DNA of 60,754 nucleotides from Parcubacteria group bacterium (GCA_028286945.1 JAQBQR010000005.1:1-60754); one strand, 5' to 3'; positions 27,526 through 37,569 are shown, counted from the first letter of the stretch. The notes: a model not told the origin generated them from the sequence alone. Numbers and translations: made by a program.

Positions 27526-29286
27526 ATGGACTACACACTCAAAGAAAAAACAGACAATAAGCAGAGCGCCTTCAAAGGTGCGTGGGAAAGCCTGGGCCCG
27601 CTTCTTACCGATGAAAAGAAGAATCTCAGCATTGCTTTCATTGCCGTCATCATAAGCTCCGGAGCGAGCCTGCTTTCGCCGTTTATCATCGCGCATGTTA
27701 TTGATACCGCCATCCGAACGCATGACTTTGGAGCGGTGTTGCGTGAAAGTGCGATTCTTGCGGTCGTATACGTGGCAGGTCTCATAGCAGGATACATTCA
27801 AACCATTCGCATGGGTGGGGTTGGTCGTGGAGTACTCTTCAAGCTCCGCAACGCGCTTTTCATACGACTCTCTGAGCTTCCTGTGGCGTTCTTCAATCAG
27901 AACCGTACCGGTGATCTTATCTCCCGCATCAACAACGATACGGACAAGCTCAACCAATTCTTTGGACAGGCACTCATGCAGTTCATTGGTAACTTCTTCG
28001 TTATTGTTGGCGCAGGTATTATGCTCCTCTCGCTTAACTGGCGTTTAGGTCTTGCCGCACTTGTCCCGGCTATTACGGTCTTCATCATTACGCAGTTCAT
28101 CTCTGACTGGGTGAAGCGTAAAAGCCGTGCAGGACTTCAGAGCCTAGGAGCTATGAGCGGGGAAGTGGAAGAAAGTCTTGCGAACTTTAAGGTCATTGTT
28201 GCCTTTAATCGCGTAGATTATTTCCGCACAAAATTTGATGGAGCGAATCAGGATAACTATCGCGCATCAGTGAAGTCCGGCATTGCGTCAAACATTTTCA
28301 CACCGCTCTACACATTAGCTTCGAATGCTGCGCAGTTAATTGTGCTTGGATACGGCCTGGTACTTATCTCAACGGGACATCTAACCATCGGTCTTTTGGT
28401 CGGATATCTCCTCTACGTAAACAACTTCTATAATCCGCTTCGCATGATTGCGAGTATCTGGTCTAATCTCCAGCTTGCTCTGGCTGCTCTCGACCGTATT
28501 CAAGAGGTTCTGTTCATGAACACGAATCTTACGACTCTTGAGGATGCAGGCTCTTCAAAGAGCGATGCGCTTCTCTCCTTTAATGATGTTTCGTTCTCGT
28601 ATAAGGACACGGCTCCCCCTGTGCTCCACGACGTATCATTTACTCTTGAGAAAGGGAAGACCTATGCGCTCGTGGGCCCAACAGGCGGTGGTAAAACCAC
28701 AACAGCCTCACTCATGGCACGCCTCTTTGATCCTAAGGAAGGAAGCATCATGCTGGACGGAAAAGATATCCGCGCATACACACCTGAAGAGCGAACCAAG
28801 AAGATTGGATTCATTCTCCAGGAACCATTCCTATTCAGTGGAACGGTACGCGACAATATTGTGTATGGAAACGAAGAGTTGAGTTCAATGAGCGAAGAAG
28901 AGCTCCTGGCACTTCTCACGGAGAAAGACCTCGGTTCATTGCTGGAACGCTTCAGTGAAGGGTTGGGAACAAATGTTACGCAGGGTGGCAGCAGTATTTC
29001 TCTTGGACAGAAACAGCTCATTGCCTTTATGCGCGCGGTGCTTCGAACTCCTGAACTTCTCATCTTGGACGAGGCTACGGCAAACATTGATACCGTTACC
29101 GAGCAGCTCCTCGAAGATCTTCTCGAGAAACTTCCAGAAAGCACCACGAAAGTTATCATCGCGCACCGCCTAAATACTATTCAGAACGCAGACAGCATTT
29201 TCTTCGTGAACGGCGGGACCGTCACGGAAGCTGGTTCGATGGATCATGCGGTTGAGATGCTCTTGCACGGTACGCGTACGAGCTAA
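27526..29286 (+). CDS. ABC exporter, fused permease/ATPase (subunit 2)
   Basis: Start MDYTLKEK. Walker A GPTGGGKTT, degenerate signature ISLGQKQL and Walker B LILDEAT. Likely forms a heterodimer with the upstream gene. Confidence 0.9.
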   Translation: MDYTLKEKTDNKQSAFKGAWESLGPLLTDEKKNLSIAFIAVIISSGASLLSPFIIAHVIDTAIRTHDFGAVLRESAILAVVYVAGLIAGYIQTIRMGGVGRGVLFKLRNALFIRLSELPVAFFNQNRTGDLISRINNDTDKLNQFFGQALMQFIGNFFVIVGAGIMLLSLNWRLGLAALVPAITVFIITQFISDWVKRKSRAGLQSLGAMSGEVEESLANFKVIVAFNRVDYFRTKFDGANQDNYRASVKSGIASNIFTPLYTLASNAAQLIVLGYGLVLISTGHLTIGLLVGYLLYVNNFYNPLRMIASIWSNLQLALAALDRIQEVLFMNTNLTTLEDAGSSKSDALLSFNDVSFSYKDTAPPVLHDVSFTLEKGKTYALVGPTGGGKTTTASLMARLFDPKEGSIMLDGKDIRAYTPEERTKKIGFILQEPFLFSGTVRDNIVYGNEELSSMSEEELLALLTEKDLGSLLERFSEGLGTNVTQGGSSISLGQKQLIAFMRAVLRTPELLILDEATANIDTVTEQLLEDLLEKLPESTTKVIIAHRLNTIQNADSIFFVNGGTVTEAGSMDHAVEMLLHGTRTS

Positions 29287-29308
29287 ATAAAGGGTTGAAT
29301 TAGCGAAC

Positions 29309-30424
29309 TTATATTTCTGCTTCAACAAAGTGACGTAATACTTGTATAAAGTAGCGTGCCGGCACGACGGTAATTATTTTATTGCGTACATATCCAAGGA
29401 GACCATGTGCCATTGTCCATCGGTCCATTTGATTCACTATTCTGCGGAAACGGCGAATGCGCTTCTCTCTTCTTGTCGCGAAACTCGACAACGCCTTCGC
29501 AATAGTCTCGCCACGCTTAAGTTCTTGAACCAATACCCACGCATCCTCCATGGCCATTGAAGCCCCCATCCCTGTAGTGGGAGACACCGCATGTTGAGAA
29601 TCTCCTATAAGAACTACGTTCCCTTTATGCCATAGAGGCATTTCTACGTAGGCAATATCATCGTGATACATCTCCTTGACTGAAGGCATTGTAGTAATAA
29701 GATTTTGCACTTCACTACAGAAATCTTTGAAAAGAACAGCTGGTTGCTGGTCTTTTTCGTTACTCCTTTTTAATGGAACTTTGGCAAATAGTATAGCGAC
29801 CGAGGTATCAAAAAAGGGAAGTATCCCGCAAATTTTGCCGCTTCCGTAATAACTGGTAACGCTATTTGAAGATTCGTGCTCACGAGGTAGCCACCACATC
29901 CACACTCTCCAACCATACCGACGTAAGAAGTTTTTTCCGAATATCATCTCTCGCACCGAGGAATGTACGCCATCAGCACCGATAACCAAATCAAAGACCT
30001 CCTTTGTGCCATTACTAAACTCAACTTCTGCTTTTTCTTCATTTTGTTTGATAGAAACACATGCCGTATTAAATCGGACGGAAGTCTTGTCGAGTAGATT
30101 GAACAGACTTTGGTGCAAATCATTGCGTCTAATGCTGACCGTGCCTAAGGTATTAAATTCTTCGCCAGGAACAAGCTTCAGTAATTTACCGTTCCTATCA
30201 AAAACTATATCTGAATCGTACTCACATGAGTTTTTCTCAATTTGCATATCGATCCCAAGCTCTTTCAAGACCTTTCTTCCTGTATTCCAAATTCCCATTA
30301 AATAGCCGATGTTTCTAAACTCAGGGGCTTTATCGATAAGAGTTACGTCAGTAAATCCCTCTTTTTGTAAAAGGGCGGCGCAGGCGCAACCTGCAATTCC
30401 GCCGCCTACTATGAGTATTTTCAT
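29309..30424 (-). CDS. FAD-dependent monooxygenase
   Basis: N-terminal Rossmann motif MKILIVGGGIAGCACAALL, DLVIGADGVHS, and GDSQHAVSPTTGMGASMAMEDA. Confidence 0.8.
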   Translation of the reverse strand: MKILIVGGGIAGCACAALLQKEGFTDVTLIDKAPEFRNIGYLMGIWNTGRKVLKELGIDMQIEKNSCEYDSDIVFDRNGKLLKLVPGEEFNTLGTVSIRRNDLHQSLFNLLDKTSVRFNTACVSIKQNEEKAEVEFSNGTKEVFDLVIGADGVHSSVREMIFGKNFLRRYGWRVWMWWLPREHESSNSVTSYYGSGKICGILPFFDTSVAILFAKVPLKRSNEKDQQPAVLFKDFCSEVQNLITTMPSVKEMYHDDIAYVEMPLWHKGNVVLIGDSQHAVSPTTGMGASMAMEDAWVLVQELKRGETIAKALSSFATRREKRIRRFRRIVNQMDRWTMAHGLLGYVRNKIITVVPARYFIQVLRHFVEAEI

Positions 30425-30518
30425 TCTTCAAAGTATATCTCTAAAATCGGGTACTATCACCGTTGAATCAAAGCCAATCAAGGCGACTTAGCTGAAAAGT
30501 TCCCGATACCGTTATAAT

Positions 30519-30881
30519 ATGGGCAATATGACTGAACAAAGAACAGGAGGATGCCATTGCGGCACCGTGCGATATGAGGTTGAGATTGATCTTACAAAGC
30601 CGGTGATTGAATGTAACTGCTCGCATTGTCAGGCAAAAGGATTGCTTTTGTCAGCGGTACCTTCAGAAAACCTCGTTATTTCGGAAGGTGAAGGTAATCT
30701 CACGGAATATAACTTCAATACTGAAAAGATTCGACATTTCTTCTGCAAAACATGCGGCGTACAGCCATTTGCTCGCGGAAAGGGTGACGCCGCAGCAGGG
30801 AGCATGATAAACGTTCGAACTATTGATGACATTGATCTGGACTCGCTCACACGCCTGCCATTTGATGGTAAAAGCAGATAG
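30519..30881 (+). CDS. GFA/CENP-V family protein (Cys-rich zinc domain)
   Basis: GGCHCGTVRYEV, CNCSHCQAKG and FCKTCGVQPF. Confidence 0.75.
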   Translation: MGNMTEQRTGGCHCGTVRYEVEIDLTKPVIECNCSHCQAKGLLLSAVPSENLVISEGEGNLTEYNFNTEKIRHFFCKTCGVQPFARGKGDAAAGSMINVRTIDDIDLDSLTRLPFDGKSR

Positions 30882-30916
30882 GTCACCACAAGGGCACTTC
30901 TTATTTGCTAAGCCGG

Positions 30917-30945
30917 TTACGGCTAACCAAATAATGTCGTATACT
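30917..30945 (+). promoter_or_regulatory. Sigma70-like promoter for the candidate RNA
   Basis: TTACGG, 17-nt spacer, TATACT. Confidence 0.4.
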
Positions 30946-30951
30946 CTCCCA

Positions 30952-31121
30952 GGACCATCCCGAAATGCGACTTGCTAATATCTCGGGAGCTTTATATCCC
31001 GCGAATCTCGTGAAGACTTCGGTCTTCTAAGGACGCGCGATGCGAGCACCCACGTGGCACCAAAAGTTGCCACACAGGGATGGTTCAACGAAGAAAGCCG
31101 GCCAGAGGCCGGCTTTCTTCG
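30952..31121 (+). ncRNA. Candidate ~170-nt structured RNA (unknown class) or cis-leader of the 31160 gene
   Basis: Closing helix gaccatccc (30953-61) / gggatggtt (31077-85). It encloses hairpins cccga...tcggg, gaagac-TTCG-gtcttc and gtggca...tgccac. Ends in the terminator gaagaaagccggcc-agag-gccggctttcttc. Confidence 0.35.
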
Positions 31122-31159
31122 TTCCTGAGCGACCCATTTCATATGCTACCCTTTAGGTA

Positions 31160-31504
31160 ATGAATCGGAAGCCGCTCTACACCGCGCTTATACTCACGGC
31201 CCTTCTCCTGGCACTTCATTTGTACGCGCTCAGCACCTATTTCTACTGGCATCATCGTTGGTTTGATATCCCCATGCACATCTTAGGTGGTGCAGCTATC
31301 GGAGCCTTCCTGCTGGCTTTTTTCAGTGTTCGACGTGCCGCGCTCTACTTTGGTTCAATTCTGGCAGTGACCGTCGCATGGGAAATCTTCGAAAACATAA
31401 ATCACATCTCAACCGGCCAGCCCGACTACTGGTTCGATACCATCAAAGACATTATCGACGGGCTTATTGGTTCAGGCATTACGTATTACATAGCTAAAAA
31501 ATAG
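31160..31504 (+). CDS. Small polytopic membrane protein (hypothetical)
   Basis: 114 aa with four hydrophobic segments. Confidence 0.5.
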   Translation: MNRKPLYTALILTALLLALHLYALSTYFYWHHRWFDIPMHILGGAAIGAFLLAFFSVRRAALYFGSILAVTVAWEIFENINHISTGQPDYWFDTIKDIIDGLIGSGITYYIAKK

Positions 31505-31506
31505 AC

Positions 31507-32910
31507 ATGGCATTGAAACTTACCTTCTTCGGTGGTGCAGAGACAGTAACCGGTTCAAACTTTCTCGTTGAAGGTACAAAAGGAAAACTTCTCGTGGACT
31601 GCGGTATTGAGCAGGGAAGAGACTTTTGTCAGGCCGACATGTACGCTCCGTTTGCGTATGACGTGCCAAGCCTCGATGCGCTCGTAGTGACGCACGCACA
31701 CCTTGATCACGTAGGACGCATTCCAAAACTGTTAAAAGAAGGTTTCAAAGGAAGAATTTACATGACGGCACCCACGAAAGATTTAGCGCAGCTCATCATG
31801 GAAGACTCAGCCCGCATCATGGCCGCAGATGCGCGTGATAAGGGACTGCCGCTTTTGTACGAAGAGCGTGATGTAGCTGCAGCGATGTCGCACATTGACG
31901 TAATTGAGTTCCATAAAGAATGGGAAGCTGCTCCGGGTCTTTCGTGCTACCTCCGCAACACGGGCCATATTCTCGGCTCTGCGAGTGTTCGCATTCGTGA
32001 TATGGGAGATGGGAGTGACGGCGTAACGCTCGCACTTACCGGTGACATCGGTAATACCCCTTCTCCGTACCTGCCAGATCCTGAAGCCATAGATGATGCA
32101 GATGTGATGGTTATGGAAAGTGTGTACGGTGACCGTTTGCACACGCATGTAGACGAACGCGTCGACGAACTTCAGAAAGCACTTATGGAAGCAATCAAGC
32201 GCGGCGGAACCATTTTGATTCCTGCATTCTCGCTTGAACGCACGCAGCTCATGCTCTATGAGATCAGTAATCTTATGGACGCAGGAAAGCTCCCAAAGAT
32301 TCCCGTCTTCCTCGATTCACCGCTCGCCATTAAAGCCACGGATGTATATTCGAAATGGGGAAGCGAGTTCTTTAAAAAAGATGTTCAGGCTGAACTGAAG
32401 CACGAACATGATATCTTCCGTTTCCCCATGCTTACGCAGACTCTCACACGCGAGGAATCAGAAAAGATTCTCGAAGCCCCTGAGGTAAAGATCATTATGG
32501 CAGGAGCTGGCATGTCGCATGGCGGACGCATTGGCAGATGGGAGCAGAAATACCTCCCAGACCCCAAAACAACCCTCTTTATGGTGGGATACCAGGCGCC
32601 AGGCTCTCCTGGACGTATTCTTCAGGACGGAGGCTCTCAGGTGCGTTTAGGGGGCAATATGGTCACCGTGCGCGGCCACATACAGTCATTCTCAGGCTGG
32701 TCTGCCCACGCTGACCGTGACGGGCTTATTGCCTTCGCCGAAATGACCCAGCCCCGCACAAAGACCATCTTCTGCGCTCTAGGTGAGCCATCCTCTGCCC
32801 GCTTCTTAGCGCAACGTTTGCACGGCTTCCTTGGCGTGAATGCCATTGTGCCGGTGCTAAAGCAACAGTGGGAGATTACCAAACAGGGAGTGAAAGAAAT
32901 AACCCATTAA
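31507..32910 (+). CDS. MBL-fold beta-CASP family hydrolase (putative RNA-metabolising nuclease)
   Basis: THAHLDHVGRIPKL (HxHxDH), followed by a beta-CASP-sized insertion and C-terminal GWSAHADRDGL. Confidence 0.8.
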   Translation: MALKLTFFGGAETVTGSNFLVEGTKGKLLVDCGIEQGRDFCQADMYAPFAYDVPSLDALVVTHAHLDHVGRIPKLLKEGFKGRIYMTAPTKDLAQLIMEDSARIMAADARDKGLPLLYEERDVAAAMSHIDVIEFHKEWEAAPGLSCYLRNTGHILGSASVRIRDMGDGSDGVTLALTGDIGNTPSPYLPDPEAIDDADVMVMESVYGDRLHTHVDERVDELQKALMEAIKRGGTILIPAFSLERTQLMLYEISNLMDAGKLPKIPVFLDSPLAIKATDVYSKWGSEFFKKDVQAELKHEHDIFRFPMLTQTLTREESEKILEAPEVKIIMAGAGMSHGGRIGRWEQKYLPDPKTTLFMVGYQAPGSPGRILQDGGSQVRLGGNMVTVRGHIQSFSGWSAHADRDGLIAFAEMTQPRTKTIFCALGEPSSARFLAQRLHGFLGVNAIVPVLKQQWEITKQGVKEITH

Positions 32911-32920
32911 TTCATTACGT

Positions 32921-33817
32921 ATGTACGAACTCAGCATTGTATTTGTGCTCCTCACGCTCATCGTTCCGAGTATATTCTTTGGAGCACTTATGCTCTTCTG
33001 CATTGGAAGGGTACTTCACGTCCCGGATCTCTCTTTGCAAAGAAGCTTAAAGTTCAGTGGGTTCATAGGTTCGTGCGTACTTATTTTGGGAATCATTCAA
33101 CTTTTTGTCTCCGAGTATGTAATTAGTTCGGACTACCTCACTATCTATGAATCGTGCATTCCGTATTTTAACGTAATGCTCGTGTTCCTCGGCACGTTAT
33201 TTGTGTTGCACGAACGTCTCCCGGTAAATCGTTGGAAAATACTTGTCCTTACCTTCGCCTCCCTCATTATTGGTGTTGGGGCGGGATACGTATCGCTGTT
33301 CGGTGCTGAACCATATATTCATATGGATGCACCCACGGTATCTCATACATCCACGCAGGCAGTATCTGGAGAAATGACTCCTGACTCAAATAAAATTGCT
33401 ATGGAGTACCACGAGCTTTTCAAAAGCAGTACCTATTCCATAGAATGTTATTGGGCCGTCACCGTAGGCGATTCCAACGCGTGTAATCTATACGCAAAAG
33501 ATGCGCAGGGTGTTCAACACAATCTGAATCTATTTGCAGATAGCCTCACCGGCTCACTGTTCACGGCTCCCGATAAAAAGCATTTTGTAGTAATTACCGA
33601 AGCGAGTGCTGTGCTCGTTGATACAAATACGCTTGAGAAAAAGGAAATCCTCCATGCTTCGAAAGGTACGTGGCTTGGCTACAACACCAACCTCCCATCA
33701 TTCAAAGCAAAGGCCGTCTGGCTTGATTCAAGCACAATTCAAATTCCTCTATACTCTGAAGGAACACAGACTGATACCGAACCTAAACCAATCACTACTA
33801 AAACAATCACTATCTAA
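32921..33817 (+). CDS. Hypothetical membrane protein with extracytoplasmic C-terminal domain
   Basis: 298 aa. Four or five N-terminal TM helices, then a soluble domain. Confidence 0.5.
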   Translation: MYELSIVFVLLTLIVPSIFFGALMLFCIGRVLHVPDLSLQRSLKFSGFIGSCVLILGIIQLFVSEYVISSDYLTIYESCIPYFNVMLVFLGTLFVLHERLPVNRWKILVLTFASLIIGVGAGYVSLFGAEPYIHMDAPTVSHTSTQAVSGEMTPDSNKIAMEYHELFKSSTYSIECYWAVTVGDSNACNLYAKDAQGVQHNLNLFADSLTGSLFTAPDKKHFVVITEASAVLVDTNTLEKKEILHASKGTWLGYNTNLPSFKAKAVWLDSSTIQIPLYSEGTQTDTEPKPITTKTITI

Positions 33818-33818
33818 T

Positions 33819-34148
33819 ATGGCACTTGAACATTCACGCGTTACGACAGGCAATGAGCTCGAAGGACGCCGCATTACAAAGAACCTGGGGCTTGTCCGCG
33901 GTATCACGGTGCGCTCCCGTTCGATTGTAGGGGCCATCGGAGCTGGTTTCCAAACACTCCTTGGAGGAAACATTACGCTGTATGAGACGCTTTGCGAAAA
34001 GGCACGAGAGCAAGCATTTGATCGCATGATTGAACATGCTGAAACTATGGGAGCAAACGCAGTCATCGGCATGCGTTACGATGCCACCGACATAGGGCAG
34101 GGGGTTACTGAGGTTTTGGCGTACGGAACTGCGGTCATCGTTGAGTAG
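33819..34148 (+). CDS. YbjQ/UPF0145 family protein
   Basis: [34 protein letters not shown]...[10 protein letters not shown] is characteristic. Confidence 0.8.
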   Translation: MALEHSRVTTGNELEGRRITKNLGLVRGITVRSRSIVGAIGAGFQTLLGGNITLYETLCEKAREQAFDRMIEHAETMGANAVIGMRYDATDIGQGVTEVLAYGTAVIVE

Positions 34149-34157
34149 AGCGTATCA

Positions 34158-35456
34158 ATGTTGCGCGCGTCTTCGTTTACCTTTGGCACCTATAAGGTTA
34201 ATGCTGCTCGTTCAGTCATATCTTTTACGTACCGTGTTGAATTTAAATACGGAATAACAAAGACATTCACTGACCGCCTTCTTTTTAAAGATGTTGCTCC
34301 GGAATTATGGAAGGGTGTTCCAAACGAAGTACTTGAGCCAACGCTCCAGGCGCTCCTACTCATGGTCGGCATTAATTACTGGTGCGTATTCCCAACGAGT
34401 AATATTCGAATTGAAGGATTTGCGCTCACTCGAGAGCAAGCGCAATTCTGGGACGCCCTGTATTTAAATGGCCTGGGAGAGTTTTTCTATGAGATGCAAA
34501 TGGATTTCCGAAATCTCATTGCATTTCCGTATGATGATTCTGCTATTGCGCCCACTCCAGCACGTTTTGAGCGCCCGTTGCGAGCGCTTCTTTTGAACGG
34601 GGCAGGGAAGGATTCTATCCTCTCCGCTGAAATGCTAAAAGCATCTAATACACCGTTCGATTTCTTTGCATTTGCTCCCACCCCGGCCCATGTGCGCATC
34701 GGTAAGCTCGTAGGTGCGAAAACCGTCACGGTTACTCGTCGTCACGACAGATATCTGGACATGATAATGAACTGGTCTAACGTGTCCGGTGCCTATCCGT
34801 CTGTCTCCACGTTCACCTTCATTGCTACGCTCCTTGCTGAGCTTCTGGGCTACAACTCAATCATTTTCTCTAACGAACGCAGTGCTGATTTTGGAAACCT
34901 GACGTACCTTGGCTTGGAGGTAAACCACCAGTGGTGCAAATCATCCGAAGCGGAGAAACTGGTAAACGATTACATTCGCTCCTTCATTACTCCTGACATT
35001 TCGACGACCTCACTCTTACGGGGATTCAGCGAGCTTGAGATTGTACGACGCTTTGTTCAGTACCCGAAGTACCTCCGCTACGTCACCAGCTGTAACAACT
35101 ATTTCTGGCAGTCACGTCACCGACAACTTCTGACACGAAAATCATATTGGTGTAAGAACTGTCCGAAGTGCGTGTTCCTCTTTGCCTGCTTTTCAGCATT
35201 TCTCTCGAAGGACGAATTGATCACTATGTTCGGGGGCGATCTGTATGCACGCCCACATCTCCTCCCACTCTTTAAGCGCATACTTGGCGTTGAGGGATTT
35301 AAACCGCTGGATTGCGTCGGCGAACCTGAAGAAATGATTCTTGCGATGCACTATGCGGAAATGCGTAAAGAATATGAGGGAGAACCTGCGATAAAACTCT
35401 TTCAAGAATATTTTCCAGCGGGATATGATTTTGAGGAGTTGGAAGGGAGGATGTAA
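34158..35456 (+). CDS. Hypothetical protein with PP-loop-like motif and Cys cluster (possible adenine-nucleotide alpha-hydrolase fold)
   Basis: LLLNGAGKDSILS resembles SGGxDS. WCKNCPKCVFLFACF is a Cys motif. 432 aa. Confidence 0.4.
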   Translation: MLRASSFTFGTYKVNAARSVISFTYRVEFKYGITKTFTDRLLFKDVAPELWKGVPNEVLEPTLQALLLMVGINYWCVFPTSNIRIEGFALTREQAQFWDALYLNGLGEFFYEMQMDFRNLIAFPYDDSAIAPTPARFERPLRALLLNGAGKDSILSAEMLKASNTPFDFFAFAPTPAHVRIGKLVGAKTVTVTRRHDRYLDMIMNWSNVSGAYPSVSTFTFIATLLAELLGYNSIIFSNERSADFGNLTYLGLEVNHQWCKSSEAEKLVNDYIRSFITPDISTTSLLRGFSELEIVRRFVQYPKYLRYVTSCNNYFWQSRHRQLLTRKSYWCKNCPKCVFLFACFSAFLSKDELITMFGGDLYARPHLLPLFKRILGVEGFKPLDCVGEPEEMILAMHYAEMRKEYEGEPAIKLFQEYFPAGYDFEELEGRM

Positions 35457-35457
35457 A

Positions 35458-35487
35458 GAAAAACCGCTCGGCATGCCGAGCGGTTTT
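35458..35487. terminator. Bidirectional terminator between convergent genes
   Basis: Hairpin aaaaaccgctcggc-at-gccgagcggttttt, flanked by A and T tracts. Confidence 0.7.
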
Positions 35488-35500
35488 TCTTTATCTTCGC

Positions 35501-35860
35501 TTACGCGCGAATGGCGTCTACCTGCTTTGCAATGCGTGAGAACGTTTCAGGGTGATTCTGAGCGAACTCAGAAAGTACCTTACGATCAAGTCCGAAGCCT
35601 TTGAGCTTAAGCGCATTGATGAACGTGCTGTATGACTTGAAACCTTCTTCACGGATAGCGGCGTTCAAACGAACGATCCAAAGCTGGCGCATAACGGTCT
35701 TCTTATCACGACGGTGATTGAAGGCGTTCTTTCCGGCATGCACGAGTGACTCCTTAGCAAGACGCTCCTTGGTTCCGCGACCATGGCGAAAACCCTTCGC
35801 ACGTGACAAGACGTTGCGACGGCGTTTTGCTGAGATTACTCCTCCTTTGACTCGTGTCAT
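35501..35860 (-). CDS. rplT: 50S ribosomal protein L20
   Basis: MTRVKGGVISAKRRRNVL N-terminus. Confidence 0.95.
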   Translation of the reverse strand: MTRVKGGVISAKRRRNVLSRAKGFRHGRGTKERLAKESLVHAGKNAFNHRRDKKTVMRQLWIVRLNAAIREEGFKSYSTFINALKLKGFGLDRKVLSEFAQNHPETFSRIAKQVDAIRA

Positions 35861-35887
35861 ACCTAATTACGTAAAATTTATTAAAGA

Positions 35888-36079
35888 CTATTTGCTGATC
35901 TTCGAAAGGAAACTGCGGCGAATACGATTTGAAACCGTAAGTGACTGCTGACGCTTCTTTCCCATACGGACAGAACCGCTTTCCTGCGCGTTGTAGTGAT
36001 CCTGGCCTGCCTTACGGACAACCAGTTTTCCTGTCTTGGTAACGCGGATGCGCTTGGTGTATGACTTGTTAGTTTTCAT
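35888..36079 (-). CDS. rpmI: 50S ribosomal protein L35
   Basis: 63 aa, MKTNKSYTKRIRVTKTGKL. Lies between infC and rplT. Confidence 0.92.
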   Translation of the reverse strand: MKTNKSYTKRIRVTKTGKLVVRKAGQDHYNAQESGSVRMGKKRQQSLTVSNRIRRSFLSKISK

Positions 36080-36662
36080 GTGTTTGGGTTTCTGGTTCTA
36101 CTGGCACTGCCGTTTCCGTTGGGGATTTTGCGGTCACTCCTGCTTTTGGATCCCGTTCGATGATGGTTGCGAAGCCTTTTGGGGCGCGGGTAACCGGGTC
36201 AGCGATGCGATATGCGTACGGAATCAAGAGCAAGAACTTTTCAAGGCGGGTTTTGAGGAAAGCCTCTTCCATACCTTTGTAGCGTCCTTTGAGGAAGAGT
36301 TCTGCGCGAACGCGATGCCCTTCGGCGAGCCATTCAGCTGCCTTACGGGCTTTTAGTCGCATATCGTTCTCGCCGGTACCGACTTTTATCTGTACTTCCT
36401 TGGTCTCAGAGACCTTGGCTTTGGCGCGCGCAGCACTATCTCGTTTCTTCTGCTCGTACTGAAATTTACCATAATCCATGATTTTCGCAACGGGTGGCTG
36501 GGCGTTTGGCGATATCTCGATGAGGTCCAAACCGGCTGCCACGGCGAGTTTCAAGGCCTCTACAGACGTAATAACACCGAGGTTTTCACCCTCAGCGCCA
36601 ATAACGCGCAACTCTGGCGCGCTAATTTCGCGGTTTATACGTACTTTCTCGACGGCAGCCAT
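36069..36662 (-). CDS. infC: Translation initiation factor IF-3 with C-terminal extension
   Basis: RINREISAPELRVIGAEGENLGV and PPVAKIMDYGKFQYEQKK. ATG start. Overlaps rpmI by 11 nt. Confidence 0.93.
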   Translation of the reverse strand: MAAVEKVRINREISAPELRVIGAEGENLGVITSVEALKLAVAAGLDLIEISPNAQPPVAKIMDYGKFQYEQKKRDSAARAKAKVSETKEVQIKVGTGENDMRLKARKAAEWLAEGHRVRAELFLKGRYKGMEEAFLKTRLEKFLLLIPYAYRIADPVTRAPKGFATIIERDPKAGVTAKSPTETAVPVEPETQTHEN

Positions 36663-36748
36663 TTGTAGGCTCAGTATACAACGATTACAGCCAAACTACA
36701 ACGTTTTTTAACGATAGGAGCCCCGTGGGAGCGGGTACTCCTACGGGG

Positions 36749-36994
36749 CTATGCGGCCACGCTTGGCTTATCGAAAATATCCTCTCCAAAATAGGACTTT
36801 ATGTTCTTTTCCCAGCTTTTGGGATCAAAAAATGGCCCACAACCAAGAAGGTACATCATCCTGCGAATACTACTCCAGGGGGCGTTTGCAGGCAGGAAGA
36901 CTAGTGCCGCCTGCAATTGGCGTTCGGTCTCCTCATCGAGCGGAAGAAACCGAAGCGTCCGTGGGTCGGCGTTCACTGCTGCATTGTCGTTCAT
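36749..36994 (-). CDS. Hypothetical small protein (G+C-rich)
   Basis: 81 aa with gagggag 6 nt upstream of the ATG. Followed by the hairpin agccccgt...acggggct. Confidence 0.4.
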   Translation of the reverse strand: MNDNAAVNADPRTLRFLPLDEETERQLQAALVFLPANAPWSSIRRMMYLLGCGPFFDPKSWEKNIKSYFGEDIFDKPSVAA

Positions 36995-37121
36995 GGACAG
37001 CTCCCTCGTGTTTTCGAAATTGGTCCCTGAGTAGCGTACTACATCTGCGGTATTTGAAGCAATTGGATAGCTTTGCAGGCCATGTAGTATGCTTATTTTA
37101 TTACCTCTGAATATTCAATTT

Positions 37122-37523
37122 ATGCTTTCTGGATTTAAAACATTCTTACTTCGTGGCAACGTCGTCGATTTGGCGGTCGGTGTGGTCATTGGAGCAGCGT
37201 TCACCGGCATTGTTACGGCACTGGTAGCCGACCTCATGACGCCGCTCATTGGAGCCATAGTTCAGGCACCAGACTTCAGCAATCTTTTCTTCACCATACA
37301 CGGAAGTAAGTTTATGTTCGGTGATTTCATTAACAAACTTATTTCTTTCGTCCTGGTTGCTGCGTCGGTATATTTCTTTGTCGTGGTTCCTATGAATGCT
37401 CTCATTGCTCGAACAAAATCAAAGGAACCAGAAGATCCAACAACGAAAAGATGCCCTGAATGTAAGAGTGAAATAAACATCGAGGCTCGCAAATGCGCAT
37501 TCTGCGCCTCAGTCGTTGCGTAA
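37122..37523 (+). CDS. mscL: Large-conductance mechanosensitive channel with C-terminal zinc-ribbon-like tail
   Basis: MLSGFKTFLLRGNVVDLAVGVVIGAAF is canonical. The tail is RCPECKSEINIEARKCAFC. Confidence 0.9.
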   Translation: MLSGFKTFLLRGNVVDLAVGVVIGAAFTGIVTALVADLMTPLIGAIVQAPDFSNLFFTIHGSKFMFGDFINKLISFVLVAASVYFFVVVPMNALIARTKSKEPEDPTTKRCPECKSEINIEARKCAFCASVVA

Positions 37524-37569
37524 GGGAGAGTATAGTAAGTAGTACTAGATATAACCGTCTACCATATAT

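Noticed and set aside
37054-37068. 15-nt match GTATTTGAAGCAATT shared between the mscL upstream region and the region upstream of cassette A (minus strand near 20160-20176).
   Set aside because: It is short and A+T-rich. The spacing to any -10 box does not fit a promoter in either place. It is probably chance or a weak -35-like element.
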